Below are positions 1-14,029 of a stretch of 64,000 bases of DNA, piece after piece; position 1 is the stretch's first letter; every line of letters starts with the position of its first letter. The position numbers and the translations under genes were made by a program. The stretch comes from Monocercomonoides exilis PA203 (lineage: Eukaryota; Protista; Preaxostyla): contig LSRY02000061.1 of assembly GCA_001643675.2 (NCBI GenBank), positions 248,001 through 312,000 on the forward strand, given 5' to 3'. The notes below the pieces were generated by a model. That model did not search any database. It saw nothing but the letters and a program-made list of their open reading frames with translations, and was not told the DNA's origin.

Positions 1-398
1 TGAAGAAAAACAAAACAAACAAAAGCTAAAAAAACACTTCAACTTTGCTTTCAAAAGAATACGGAACCAACTCTTCTAATTGAGTTGTTCAAAATTAAAC
101 AGAGGAAAACATAACATCAAACTCTAATAACACAATTCATATTCAAAAGATTCAACAAATTCAGAAAAGAAAACTGAACAACAATTAATAAATAGCAAAA
201 TAAAGAATATATAATGAAACATTCACAATCATTTGACATTATAATTTTATAAATAGCTCCATCAAAACATAAAGAATTTTTAGATAAATAAAACAAAACA
301 AAGCAACAATAATAATTAAAATAAAAAGGATTACAAACAACAAGTTACAGATTCAAACTCGTAATAAAACAATATTTAAACATAATCGAACTCTGTAA

Positions 399-3300
399 TT
401 ACAGAATAATCACTATCACACTGATATTGTCCATCGACTCCAATGCATCGGCACACGACTTCAATCTGACTGCTCCCAGTTCTGCAAGCATCCCTTTCTC
501 AATTGCACCGCATCTGCACCCAACCTTCCCATGACTTTCAGCAGTTCCAAAGTCCACTTGGTTGATTCCGTCAAACAAACCATCTTTGGCCTCATTGGAA
601 GAGCTGTCCATGTCCATCTTCTCTTCATCAGGATCCCATACAGGAGATGTGCTCCTTCGTCTGACGTGCACCACACTCGAAGAAGGACTAATCCGCAGTG
701 CATCCACAGCATCGTCGAAAACAGGGTCATTAAATACATCGTGGTTCCCTCCTTCCATCCAGGGACACACCATTTCTGCCACAAGCTGATTTGACACCAC
801 ATCAAACACTCCGTCACATCCAATAACGATTGCAACATCTTCGCGCCACCAAGGCTGATCAAACTCATCGTCGTCCTCATCTTCGCTATCCTGTGCTGAA
901 CAGTAGCGTTTCGCTCTGTCTATTCCATCATTTGCATTTGTCTTTGTTTCCATTCCTTTCAGTTTTCTTTTGTTTGATTTGCTAAGTGTGGGGCACATTG
1001 TTACAGGTGAATGTTCATAACCATGTGTGACAGATGGAGTAAATCTGTCTGTTGGAAAATACTCGTCAAACGAAACTGGCTGGCAGAAAGCAGGGCGGCG
1101 AGGAGGAGGATCATGAAGAAGCGATGGATGAGGTGCAAGTGGAAGCAAGAACTTGTCCAGAACTAGTCTCAACTTTGAATCAAGAATGAATAAAGTCGAT
1201 GGATTGACATCAGGCGGAGGATAGAGGCGTGTCAGATATGAAGCAGATGAACAGGAAGAGGAATCAGAAGAAGAAGATGACGAGGAATATCCATCATCTG
1301 ATGAAGAATACGAGCCATCTGATTTCTTTCCTTTTGATTTGTCTTTTCTGTGTCTGTGTTCTTTCTTTCTTTTTGCATTACGATTCTTTTTCACTTGATT
1401 CAATTGCCTTCTTTGTGAATGTCTGACCATCCAACCATTCCAACTGTCGTTTTCTTCGTGCTCTTCGTGCTTCTCCACAGCATTTGCTATTCTAATCGCA
1501 TCTTTCTCATTGCATCCAACATGAATCCCATTCCACCGCCTCAGATTCATCGTGTGCACATCTGGCTCTGATGAAACAGCAGGCACAGAATCCAAATCGC
1601 CGACAGAACGACCCACGGCAAGCATATTCTTCACTCGGCGCTCTCCACTCACATATCCATTCACAGACTTGACATAGTTTGCTTCTCTGCGTACAGTCGG
1701 CTTGTGGTCAATGGTCAGCGCTTTCCCACAGACAAACATTCCCAGAGGAAGAGAACTGGATGAGGATGAAGTGGAAGGGAGGACAGGAACTGAGTTGGCC
1801 AAGCTGGAAAATGAAGATGTGATGTGCTTTGCTTTGCTTGATGATGAAAGTAAAGAGGAGGAAGAGTTGAAGCCAGCTTTGTCCAAAGGCAGTGAAGAGA
1901 AATACATATTCATATATTTCCTGTTCTCTGAATCCTTCGTGTCTGTTGATGACAGCAGCAATGGCGCAGGAGGCGGAGGAGTGAACCAATGGGGTGGGCG
2001 CAGTTTCATTGTGGGAGGGAAAGGTGGAGAAAAACGGGATGCAACAAGAGGATAAGTGTCTGAGAGTGGCTGAGAAAAGGATGTGAAAAGCATGGGATCT
2101 GTCAGACTGTGATGGAGTGATGGCAAAGTATCTACTCCGCTGTTGTGGAAAAATGTTGGGCAAAACATCGTCTTTTTCTGGGTTTCAGTCGTTTGGTGGG
2201 CTTGTATGGATTTTAGTCTCTTGGCTTTTGATTTATTTGAAGGAGAAGATTGTCTTTGTGTTGTTTTGTTTGAGCTGAATTTACTCGCCAAAGCAGTTGA
2301 TTCCTGTAGGGAATTCTCTTTCTTCATCTTCCTGTTCTTTCTATCGTTCCATCGGACAACACCCTTTCTACCACCAACAGGGATGTCCCAGCCATACACT
2401 CTCCTGTCGATGAACCGCGAAACAAGCACAACCCTCGAATCTCCAATGTTTGCAGTGAAAACACGTTGGGGCGTGATGACAGCAACAGCAGCGCATGAGC
2501 CGTCTGGAAGGCCTTTCATACGCACACGAACACTCAGCGCATCCAGAGTCTTTCGGAGGATGCGAGCAAAATACGGCATGGGATGGGAAGGAAAGCTATG
2601 CGAAGAATCAAATGAAGAAGAAGAAGAAGAAGAGGTGGAAGAAGAAGATGATGATGCCATTGCTGCGCGCTCCAATTCTTCGAACTCGTCATCACTGACA
2701 TAATCCAACCCATCGTCTTGATGCAGAATCTGATCTTCCTCGGGCGATGCATCTCTTAAATACTGTTTCACTCGCAAGGACATTTCATATTCATCTTGAT
2801 CGAAAAGGAAGTTTTCATCTTTCTCCGTCTCCTCCTCCTCCTCCTCCTCTTCTTCTTCTTCATCTTGCTCATCATCATCTTCTTCATCATAGTGTCCTCT
2901 GCTCCCTGCCCTTCCCTTAAACGAGTTTGAATATTTTGAAGAGGCATAATTATCAACAACAGAAGCTCCGCACCTCGCCTTTTTGATGAGCGCACGTTTC
3001 TTTTCTGCTTCTCTTTCTTTCTTTTTCTGCTGCTTCTCCATGAAAATCTCTCTTTCTCTCCTCATTTTCCTTCTCCGTTCTGACCGGATGCTCACAACAG
3101 CCAGCAGACAATCCACAAAATGTGCTGCGAGAAACGAGGCTGTCTCCTTCCCGCGATGGCCATCAAAAACAGCGTAGATTCCGCAGCCTTTGAGCGAAGG
3201 AGTGTTGTAAGGGCACACAGCATCTTCAACAAGTGCATCAAGGACCGAGTCAACAGAAGGCAAAGAATCAGAAACAGGCATGTTTGAAGAGGAAGGGGCA

Positions 3301-6300
3301 GCATTTTGCTTGGATGGGAAGAGCTTGGACTTCAACGAGGCAGCAAAAGAAGAGGCCTTTGAAGTTGGAGATTTTGATGATGCTGTTTTTCGAGAAGGAG
3401 AAGGGGATGCATTTTGTGTGCGATAGATGGATGAATCGAGCAGCATTTGACTGCGTCCATCAGATTGAAAAGGAGGAGAAGATGGTGAAGAAGGCGAGAA
3501 AGAGAAAGAAGAAGAAGAAGGATGCATAAAAGGCATTTTCGGTTGTGAAGTATTTTTTAGAGAGAAATGGCGACGAGTGTTCCAATTGTCGAGATCAGCA
3601 GCTGGACCAGTGAATGTTGAAGAAGAAGAAGATATTCCATTGCCTCCCCTTATAAATGGTGCAAGTGGCGCATTCTTGCTCATTTTAAACACTTCAGCCT
3701 CGGCCTTCTTCCTCAGCTTCACCTTCATTCTCTCCTTCCATATCTCCTCCTCTCTCTCTTCCAGCGCTTTCATCCCATTCACCAACACCCGCAGCTCCAT
3801 TGGATACTGCAGCAGTCTCGACAGGATGCCAATCTCACCATCACACACCAGCGCCTCGATGTCCCATCCATTGACAGGCAGCAGCAGCACTGAGTCTTCC
3901 ATCGTTGGGCGCTGGCCACAGGTTTCTGCAACAGCCACGTTGTGATGGCGAAGTGAAGGAAGAGTGGGGCGAGGAGAAGAAGGAGGATGCTCGTCAGAAA
4001 GAGGAACGGAAGGAGGATGGAGTGGAGTGGTGGAGCATGAGAGATGGGGCTTGTTGAATGTGCGGGAGGAGAAGGAAGAGGAGGAAGAGGAGGAGGAAGA
4101 TGAAAAGGAACAGGAAGCAGAAGAAGAACAAGATGATGAGCATGAGGAATTGCTGTCTGAAATTGATGCTGCAGGAGCTTTGGATGAAACAACAGGAACT
4201 GAGGAGGAGGTGGTGGAAGAAGAAGTTTCTTCAGAAGCAGATTCAGAATTAGACAATGCAGAAGAAGAAGAAGATGATGATGATGAAGACGAACTCTCAT
4301 TGAAATGTTGTTCCTCTTCTGTTTGTGAATCCTTCTTCAATTTGAGTTGATTTTTTTCTTTTTCTTGTTTATTTTTTGCAGATGGAATGGCTGAAGATTT
4401 GCTGCTGTTTTCTTTTGTGTGTTTGCTTTCTGTTTGAAATGGCTGTTCTTCTGATGAATGAAAATGTTTTGACTTGGAAGAAGTTTCAGACTTGTTTTTG
4501 CTCTTCTTTTGAGAATGAGATGAGACTTCTTTCAGAGAAATTGAAGAAGTTGAAGAAGAAGAAGAAGATGACGATGACATGGAGGAGGAGGAAGAAGAGG
4601 AGGAAGAAGAGGAAGAAGACAAAGAAGAAGAAGAAGAAGATGATGATAATGTCGAGGAAGATGAGGAAGACGAAGATGAAGATGAGGATGAAAAAGATGA
4701 AAACGAAAAAGAGGAAGAAGAGGAAGAAGAAGAAGAAGAAGACGATGAAGAAGAAGAGGAGGTTGAAGTAGAAGAGAATGAAACATTATCGAAAAGCATA
4801 TTTGGGTTGTCATTTCGAAATCTTCGGCAAATGTCAATTGAAGAATTGTCTTTATGTTTTTTGTGTTTGTCTTTTTTCTTTTCTTTTTCTTTTTTACCCT
4901 TCTTCTCCTTCTTTTCTTTCTTTTCTTTCTCTTTTCGTTCTTTTTCTCTTAAAATATCCTCAGAATTTGTGGCATTCTTAATTTCTATTTGAATGCTTGA
5001 TTGAATATTGCTTGGTGCTTGTGAACTTGTTGATTGATTTCTCTCGCTTTCAGCTGAAGATGAGATTTTCGATGGGTTCACAGACGGAGAAACGGTAACA
5101 TCTGAAGATGGCGACTGCGCAGCATTTTGAATGGAAGGAGATTTCACTGTTGAATCAGATGGTTGTTGTGTTGGAACAGAAGCTGAAGTTGCTTTATTGG
5201 CGGTTTGCGACAATGCATTTTTGCCTTCTTTTTCTGTCTGAACCGAAAGAACATTCTCAGCATCTGCCTTTTTTGTATCATCTGTACCAGCTTTTCTTAA
5301 AACAGGCTTTTGATCTTGTGTGTGCATTCGATCAGTCGGCCTTCTGAGGCTCTGTCTCAAAATGTTCCTTTGTGGCTTAGGCGCAACAGGCGCAGGAGGA
5401 GCAGAAAAGCGCAGATGAGTCGACAGAAAAGGAGAAGTCTGCTGATTTTGTGGTTGGACAGGCGAAGAGGAGGAAGCAGCAGAATTGTCTGTTGAATTAG
5501 AAGCATTTTGTGTTGAAGCCAAAACTGGACTCTTCCTTTTTGCTGATGGTTTCACTTGCGGGAAAAAGGAAGAAGCAGAATAATACGGAGGAACAGACGA
5601 AGGAGGAGATGACGAGAACCATTCAGACAAATCGTCTTCGAAGAGAGAAGGTTGCTGAGGAGGGACAAACGAAGAGGTGGATAATGGCAGCTGCGAATCT
5701 TTTGACTTTGGCTTTTGGTTGATTTCTGACTCGGATGATTGTTCAGGTGTTATGTCTTCATTCAAATGTGATGTTGAAGTGTCTGATGATGTTTTTGTCG
5801 ATAGATGCAAACCAAGTACAGTTTCATTTGTTGCTTGTTCCTTTTCTTCTTGTTGCTGAAGAGAGGTTATCTTATTTTCGGTGTCTTGTTGAGCTATTTG
5901 ATCAAAGCTTGTGATAGATACAGTTGTTTGAGGCTGCGCCATCTCATCAACTTCTGCTTTTGATTCATCGACAGATTCAGTTTCAGCTGGCAAATTTGAA
6001 TGTGATGAATGCTTAGCTTCATTTTTTTCTTTTTTGTGTTTGTGCTTTTCTGTTCCTCTTTTCGAGTGTTCTGATTCTGACTTCTCAGAAATGCCTTTTC
6101 TTTTCTTTTCGCCTTCTTTTCTTTTCTTGCCATGCGACGACGAAGAGATAGTTGAAGATGAACTCATCAAGTCATCATTGTGTTGCTCGCTTTTCGCAAT
6201 CTGAGTGTCTGCTTGTTTGTTTGCGTCATTTGAAGATGTTACATCATTTTCACATTCAGATGCTTGTCTTTCTTGTTGTTTTTCATCTGAAGCAGATTTG

Positions 6301-9300
6301 TGATGATGAGAAGGCTGCTGTTCTTCCTCCTGTTGCTCCATTTGTTGTTCATTGAGTGCAAGAAACGGATGTGTTGATAAGATCGATCCAACAGTTTGAT
6401 CGACATCAGAAGAGGAAGAGGAAGAGGAAGAGGAAGAGGTGGAAGAGGAAAAAGATGTCGACAATTGACTTGGTGATGAAGATGTTCCATGTTTTTGCTC
6501 TTTCTTCTTTTTCTTTTTCTTTTTCTTTGGCCTAATGAAAGAGCTCAGATCTGTTGGAAATGAAGATGGAACAGGGCGAGAACGTGTTTTAGAGGAGCGA
6601 GAAGACAAAGAAGAGGAGGAAGAGAAAGAAGAAATAGAGGATGACAAAGACGAGTTTGAAGAAGAAGTTGATGAACTGGATATGCTTTTCGCGCTTGAAG
6701 AAGATGATGATGAATCTGAAGGAAATCGAATGTGAATAGAAGATGGAGAAAACGAAGATGAAGTGATGAATTGTGAGGATGCCTGGTTTGTTGGAGCATT
6801 AAAAGTGGAAGATGCCGCATGTTCCAATAAAGTTGGCGAAGAAGAAGAAGAAGAAGAATTTTGAGAAGGATGAGAAGGATGGGTAAGATTAGAGGCATTG
6901 CTAAATGGTGTTTCATCACCAAATGAAGTATCTGGAGCCTCATAGACATCGTAAAGAGAAGAAAGAGATGCAGCAAGTGAATAAGAATAAGTGTTCATAT
7001 TTGACAAAGAGGAAGGAGAGGACGGAGAAGAAGAAGAATTTGTTGAAGAGGCAGATGAAAACGCAGAGTGAAGTGAAGATTCAGTTGGCGAATCAGATGA
7101 GTGAGAAAAGGCGCTGAGTGAGTCAGGTGAATGGCTGAGATCAGCAGACTGTTCGGATGCTGGAGGAGAGAAAGAAGAGAAGTCGGTGATTGTGTTTGAA
7201 GATGAAGAAGAATCAAAAGGAGATGGGAAAGGAGGGAAAGAGATGAAAGACAAAGGAGAAGCTGTGGAAGAAGAGCAGACAGAAGGAAGAGACGGAAAGG
7301 GTGTGGAAGAATCTGAGGAATCTGCAATCTGATTCGGAAGATTTCCAGATGGTGAAAATGAATATGGCCTGTTTGGTTCAGAAAAATGAACATTTGCAAT
7401 TGATTCACGATCGTGTCCAGAGAACGTTCTGTCGAGCGACCAGCGCTTTTTTGAGGAAGGAAACGAATTTGATCTCCTTCGATGGCTTATCTTTTGAGAA
7501 TGAGAAGAAGCAGAAGCAGAAGAAGGAATAAAAGAAGGAGGAGACAGATCACTCAGATGAGATGATGATATGTCAGAGTAATGGATCGTTGGGAGAGAAC
7601 AAGGAGATTGTTGTTCTGATTCCGTTTGTGTATCGAGCTCCCAATCCTTCTCTTTGCTGTCTAATGGAATTGGCTTTGAATTCACTTCATCAGAGTTAAT
7701 AGAATTTCCTTGTTCAATTGTGGTTGTATTGTTATTATGAAATTTCTGTGTGTCCTCTGTTGATGTCTGATGTGTCTTCGGAAGCACAAAAAAGTCGTCG
7801 ATTGCATGAAGCATCGATCCGAAATGGACAATTGGCGATTTTTCATCAGTAACCATCGATTTATTAACGGTAATTTCATCAAATGATTGATAATTTTCAT
7901 TATTTATTGTCTTCTGCTCTCCTTCCTCTGGCTGAATCTGCTTGAATGCGCTTGCTCCATCTGTCTGACAGAACATATTACCATTTAAATCAACATATCG
8001 TTTTTCTTCTGTGCTGAGATATTCATCTCGATGCAACTGTGTTTTCCCAACTGCAATTGTTACATCTTCTATCTCCTTTCCATTTCGCTCAAATGCATCT
8101 TCAACAACATCTTGTTCATTCATTTTCATCATTTCGTGCGCTTTCCAATCTTCCACCGCCATCCTTTTCGCTTCTTCTTCCTCCAATCTCTTCTGCCTCT
8201 TCTGCTCCCTTTCTTTCTCTCTTTCTTCTTCAAATACTCTTTCTGAAGCTCTGCTTGGCATCGTTATGAGAACCTGCGGAGGAAAGCATTCTCTGCAAAG
8301 AGGAGGCAGCACAACTCCATCAACAAGCTTCGGTGCATGTGACGGAGCAAATCCAGCTTTATTGCTCACTGAAGGAGTGGCTGAAGTGCTCACACCTGGA
8401 AATGGAGTGAATGAAACCTTAGAAACATTCTGATTAGATTTCGTCTGTTTGGAAGAGTCGGCTATTGCAGGGGTTACAATTGATGAAGCAGTACCTGATA
8501 CTTTTCCAATGTTATTCAACACATTTTTATTTCCTTTATCTCCCTTTACGTTTTTCTCCTTCTCCTTTTCTTTTTCCTTTTTCTGTGTAGAGTCAATTGG
8601 AATAACAATATCAATGTCATCGTCGTCTGCATCCAGCAACACGAAATCGTCCGCCTCTTCTTCTATTTTCAGCGCTAAAAAGTCTTTTGCCTTCGATCGA
8701 GCAGCATCCAATCCATTCATCTTCAGAAACGCTGCATATTCGTTCTCTTCATCATCGTTTTCATCGCTTGCAGCTCCGACTTCTGCAGATAGGAAAGGAG
8801 CAGTGGGCAAATCAGCAACATCTTCAGGATAGCAGTCGTTTGGTGGAATGTTCATGCTTGCTGGTAGAAATGGATGATTGAATAGGCCAGTTGTTGTTGA
8901 GGAGGAAGAAGAAGGAATTGCAATTGAACGACCAGCTGCAATGTCAGCAGAGGATTGCGAAGAACCAGAAGACGCACTCGAATTAGTCAGATCAATCACA
9001 GAATCACTTCCGCTGCTTTTCTGCAGCTTTAGTTTCATTTTCTTTTGTGATGGCTGAATTGTCTCATTTCCTGTTGATTCCGTTAAGCAATCGCCGAGTG
9101 AGCTCACCAGAATGTCTCTCATGCTGTCTTCTGTCTTCTGCTTTTTGTCTTTGCTCTTCTGCATGTTGGCCAGCGCATCTGCAATGGATGCCCTCTTCCC
9201 CAATTCTGCCTCGATGTCTGAGTCACTCATCAAGGGCTCATCCACAATGACTGTCGAAGAGAGCGAGTCTTCATCCTGTGAAGATGTGGACGAATCACTG

Positions 9301-12300
9301 AGTCCAGAGTTTTGAGATGATTGCTCGTCGTCATCATCGTCAGCAGCACTGTTTGCAATTTTGCTTGGTCTTTTCCCTTCTTTCTCCTTCTCTTTCTCTG
9401 TCTTTCCTCGACTGTCAAGAACTTTCTCGTTCTTCTTTAGCATCCCGCTTTCTCCTGCAACCTTTGCTTTGCCAGCTGTCTTATCTCTCGTTGCTGACAG
9501 AGCAATCGGAGCAGAAGCAGAAGCAGAGGAAGCTGCTGTATCAGCCATAGGCACCACATTCGGCACACTCGAAAACGAGACGAGGGGACTTGAAAACGAA
9601 GCAGATTCCGTTGGTGTCTGCACCTGCGTCACTTTTAGCGTGGTGATCCAATCGGCACACGGTGGAATGGGAAACGGATCATCTTTGTGGAGCTGCACAT
9701 CCCTTTCCATCCGACGTTGCTCCCGTTTGATCTGCTGCAGAAGCTCCTGCTCTTTCTCATACGTTGTCAGCAGCCCTTTCTTCCTCCGCTCTTCCTTCTC
9801 CTTCATCTGTAGCCAGTCCCTCTTTGTCTTCTCCTCCTTCTCCTTCTCTTTCTTCCCCCGCACTTCCAGTTGTCGCTGCCGCTTCAGCCATTGCTCTCTC
9901 GTCTGCTGTCTCTCCTGCCGTGTCTTCTGCTGGTTGAACATTTGCCACTCGGCTGGCTGCCTCTTCAGCCAGAATGAGTCAATGTCTTCGCTCTTTTTGT
10001 CCTCCAGTGCCGAATAAGACTCCCACCCTTCGCCTTCTCCATTCCTCTTTACTTCCATCTGCTTCTTTTTCTCTTCTCTCCTCAGCTGCTCGTCGTACTC
10101 CCACCCAAATCGCATCCCATCCAAAAGCCCCAGCCCTTTGTTCATCGGGCCATCGTAAATAAACTCTCCTCCAAACTGCTGCACAGGAAACGGTTGTGTT
10201 TCAGAAAGAATTGAATCTTCGTCTTTCTTCTTCTTTTCTCTCTTCAAGCTTTTCTCTTTTTCTCGTTTGCGTTCTCTTTCTCCTCTTCCACTCTTCTCTT
10301 TCTTTGAGTTTCTCACTGAATGAATATCTTTGTCGTCTTCAAAATCAATCTCACTCTTCTGATTCGGCTCATATTTGCCATAATTCAAGTTTCCTTCTTT
10401 TTCTCGTCTTATTTGCTCTCTTCTTGCGAGTTCTGCCGCATCGAATTCATCAATTGAAATGTCTTCCACTGAACTTGGATTCATCTTCCTTCTTCCGCCA
10501 TCTGATCCGATGTCTCCTCCAACAACACTGCCATGCGTCATCCTGTCTCCTCTTCGTGCGACAATCAGATCTTCTCCTGTGTAAAGTGATTCCGAGTATC
10601 TCTCTTCACTCTTCCCTTTGTTGATGTAACCCCATTTTTGCTTTGTTGCCATCGCCTTCATTTCGTCAATCTTCTTTTTTTCGATTCTTCTTCTGTGAAA
10701 TTCGCTTTCAAACAGCGGAATGCCACAAAATGTCCACCATGGCTCGCAATCCAAAGGTGCAACAGAAGCAGAAGTGCAACGAATAACAGGAGAAAAAAGG
10801 TTGGCGCCAGAAAGGAAGACAAGCGACTGATATGTGCGGGAGTCCTGGAAATAGAGCATGAGATGAGGGTCCAGTCTGGAAAGAGAGGCAGAGAACGAAG
10901 TTGGGTAAGTGGAGCTGTTGAAGTGGGGGTGAGCACGAGAAAAGACTGAAGTGAGTGTAGTGATTGCGATGTCTGTGCCGAATGAGTCTTTTGTGCCGAC
11001 ACTTGGCGACGAGCGGATGGCCAAGTCTGTCGAAGGGATGGATGTTGAGATGGCAATTGGAAGATCATCCTGGTCGCAGTTGGAGCAGTCAATTTCTTCT
11101 CCCGGCTGCTCCACATTCTCCAGATACACATCAAACTCTGCACCGAACTTGGTTGCACCGATGCTGTTGAATGACACGTCGATGAACGATGCCCAGGGCT
11201 CCTTCGCATCCAGCTCATCGTTAAAATAGTGTGTTGGCGGTGAAGGTGCTCTCGGCACAACATCGCCTGTCTGGCTGGCTGTGCTGTCTGGATGCAGCTT
11301 CCCCGAATGCACCAGCCGCTGCCAGTTCGTGTAAGGAAGAACAGAACGAGACCCTTTTGCCTGAGACAAAGAACCAGGCCTCAACGACGGGTGGAGGAAG
11401 AGGATGCGCTTGGGAAGCGAGTGGATGTAGTTGTGGGACAAGTCGATGAAGACGCATCGAGTGCGGATAGAGAAAAGAGAAGGTGGCAGCCACGCAATCC
11501 GATTGTACGACACATCAAAGCGAGTGAGCACAGGAAGTGAATTGAACAGAGATTCTGGAACAGAAGTGAGTCTGTTGTGTGATAAAAGAAGAGTCTGTAG
11601 CTCGCCCAAACGAAGTGTTACTGTTGGAAACTCAGCAATTCGGTTGGAGTTGAGTGCCAAGTGCTGCAGAGGTGACAGAGTTGCTCGGCAGCCAGCTGGA
11701 ATGATTGGCTCGTGCCGTGTGTGCCTGTTGTGGTGTTTGTCTGAGCTGTGTCTGTGTGAATGATTATGATGACCGTGTCTGTGGCGATGTGGAGCATGCT
11801 CGTGGGAGGCATAACTGACAGTCTCTGTCTTCTTCGATGTGTTGTCAGTGCTGTTTTTCCTGCGTCTGTTTTTCCTCTTGCGATTTTTACGCTTCAGATC
11901 CGAGTGCGAAATGTGGGAGATGTTCGATGAGCCTGTTTTGACTGAGCTTTTGAACGAGAGTGCGCGGTCGATCTCGTCTTCTGTATTTGACTCTTCCACA
12001 ACAACAGCTCCTTCGCTCTGCTGCCCCAATGGGATTCCTGCTCCTCCCGCGCCACTGCCTTTGCTGCTGCCGCCTGATGAGACACCTCCAATCGCACCAG
12101 AAGGTTTCATCAGACCGTCCACGTCTTGCTCTTCTCTGTCGTATCCGAACCGCCATCGATTCGCCTTGTCTTCTGCAGAAGTGGCCTCTCTTCGTCTGTT
12201 AAATGCATTTTCATCAGAAGCATCACCACCAAAATCATCTGTGGTTGTGTTTGTTCCTCCTGTCTCTTCATCGCCCTCTGCATCTTGACTGCCGTCTGTA

Positions 12301-14018
12301 AGGCAGTCGTCGTTGTCTTCCTCGTTGGGAAAATAGTATTTCTCAATCTGCTCAAAGGAGGGAATGTGCGTAATTCTGTTGCCAGACAAGATCAGAATGC
12401 GCAGATGTGGCATCAGCAACAGCCACTCAGGCACAGTTTCTATCCGATTGAATGCCAATTCCAGGCGCATCAGGTTTGGGAGTGTTGAAATGACTGTTGG
12501 TATTTCTGTCAGCTGATTCAGCGACAGGTCGAGTGTTCTAAGCACAACCATCTGGTGCATGCGACTGGGCAGCCGGCGGATGAAGTTCCCTCCAACAACC
12601 AAGTTGTGGAGCCCTGCCAGCGCGGTCACAGATGGAGGAATCCTGCTCAGCTCGTTAAAGCGAAGCATCAGCGTCACAAGGCCAGAGGGATGTCTGTGTG
12701 TCTGGAATGTTTGCTCGGGGATTGAATAGATGTGATTCTTTTCTGCTGAAAACAGAACAACTGAGGGACCCAATGGAGGGTGGATGGTCAAACAATTGTC
12801 AGCAAGGTAAATGCGGGTGTTTGGAGCGGTGTGAAGAAAGCCAGGAACAGAAATCAAATGATTGGACATTGCACTCAAAAGTGTCAATGACTTCATTTGA
12901 TAAAAGATTGAGAAAATTGGAACAAAAGAAAGAAAGAAAGAAGAGAAAAATTAAAAGTTATTTAGAAATAAACACGAAATTTTTGTGAACGGAAAAAATA
13001 TTCAAATTAAAGATTTTCTTTTACAACACAAACCTCAATGTCTCCAAGTGAAGAAGGCAAAACAGTCATATCATTTTCTGATGCAACAAGAGATATCAAA
13101 TATGGCATCAAAATACCGATATCATCTGGAAGTGATGTTAGGTTATTTGAAGTTAGTTGTAAGGAAAAAGCTTTTTTGAGAACGAGAAAAGTCTTTGACA
13201 TTATTTTGCACAAAATTTGAGCGAATCGAATGGAAATTTAAAATAAAAGCTTTGAAATTCAAAAATATAAATATAAACCTGCCGTGGAATATTCTGTATG
13301 ACATTGAAACGAAGATCTATCGTTTCGAGCGAAGTGAATCTTGATGTTTGGGGCAATGCAAACTCTACAAGATCGTTGAACATAAGTGAAAGATGCGTCA
13401 GACGCGGAAGAATAAGAGGATATTCGATATGATGAATATAATTACTTTCCAAATCGAGCTTTTTAAGAAATCTATGTGCAATTGGTGGAAGAGATATTAG
13501 TCTATGAAAAGAAATATCATTTGAAATAAAAAACTAAGCTCACAGTTTCAAACCTATTTCTTTGCAAGCCTAGGAATTGAAGATTTGGAAATAAGATGCC
13601 CAGATCATGTGGAATCATTGCGAAGTAGTTTTCCATCGCTTGAAGCTCAATCAAATAAGGAATCACAATATGAGGAAATGAACTGAGTTGATTCGATGTG
13701 ATGTCCTTTTTTAATAGAAATTGGTTAAACATGAATAAAACTAAAAAGGGATCATTTTCAAACGAGTCTTTCAAGCGTGGAATTTCCCGCAAGCGTGTGA
13801 GGAAATAATTTGAATTTATTATGTCCGATTGACAACGTACGAAGATTTGGCAAAGCATCTCCAAGAGGTGGAAGAGATGTCAAATTATTATAAGATAAAA
13901 ACACCGTGCGAATAGCCAATCTTTTTTCAGTTAAAATCCAATTTGGAATTTTGTCCAAATTCTTATCGATAAAAGTGAAGGTCATAGCAGGGGATATGTG
14001 ACTTGAAACTGGGCCCAT
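399..14018 (-). CDS. Giant leucine-rich-repeat + PP2C (PPM) Ser/Thr phosphatase, ~4,426 aa, 5 exons (PHLPP / Cyr1 LRR-PP2C-like architecture)
   Basis: Manually spliced exons 14018-13764, 13705-13554, 13501-13279, 13192-13034, 12890-399 (introns 13763-13706, 13553-13502, 13278-13193, 13033-12891, all GT-AG) give continuous LRRs across the junctions (LERL|DITSNQL, LQRNR|LISLP, PRQ|TFLVL, DIE|SLTLLSAMSNHL). C-terminal PP2C motifs occur in order: GQRPTMED, VFDGHRG, ANIGDSRVVL, LTIDHKP, LAVGRSVGD, IGCDGVFDV, DNISVIVI. The start codon is uncertain. Confidence 0.88.
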
Positions 14019-14029
14019 GTGTAGTGTGA

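Noticed and set aside
461-12488. Dozens of short overlapping ORFs (poly-E/K/R/L/F) antisense or off-frame to the giant genes, also throughout 25-59 kb
   Set aside because: They are shadows of stop-poor triplet-repeat and skewed coding sequence, with no independent motifs.
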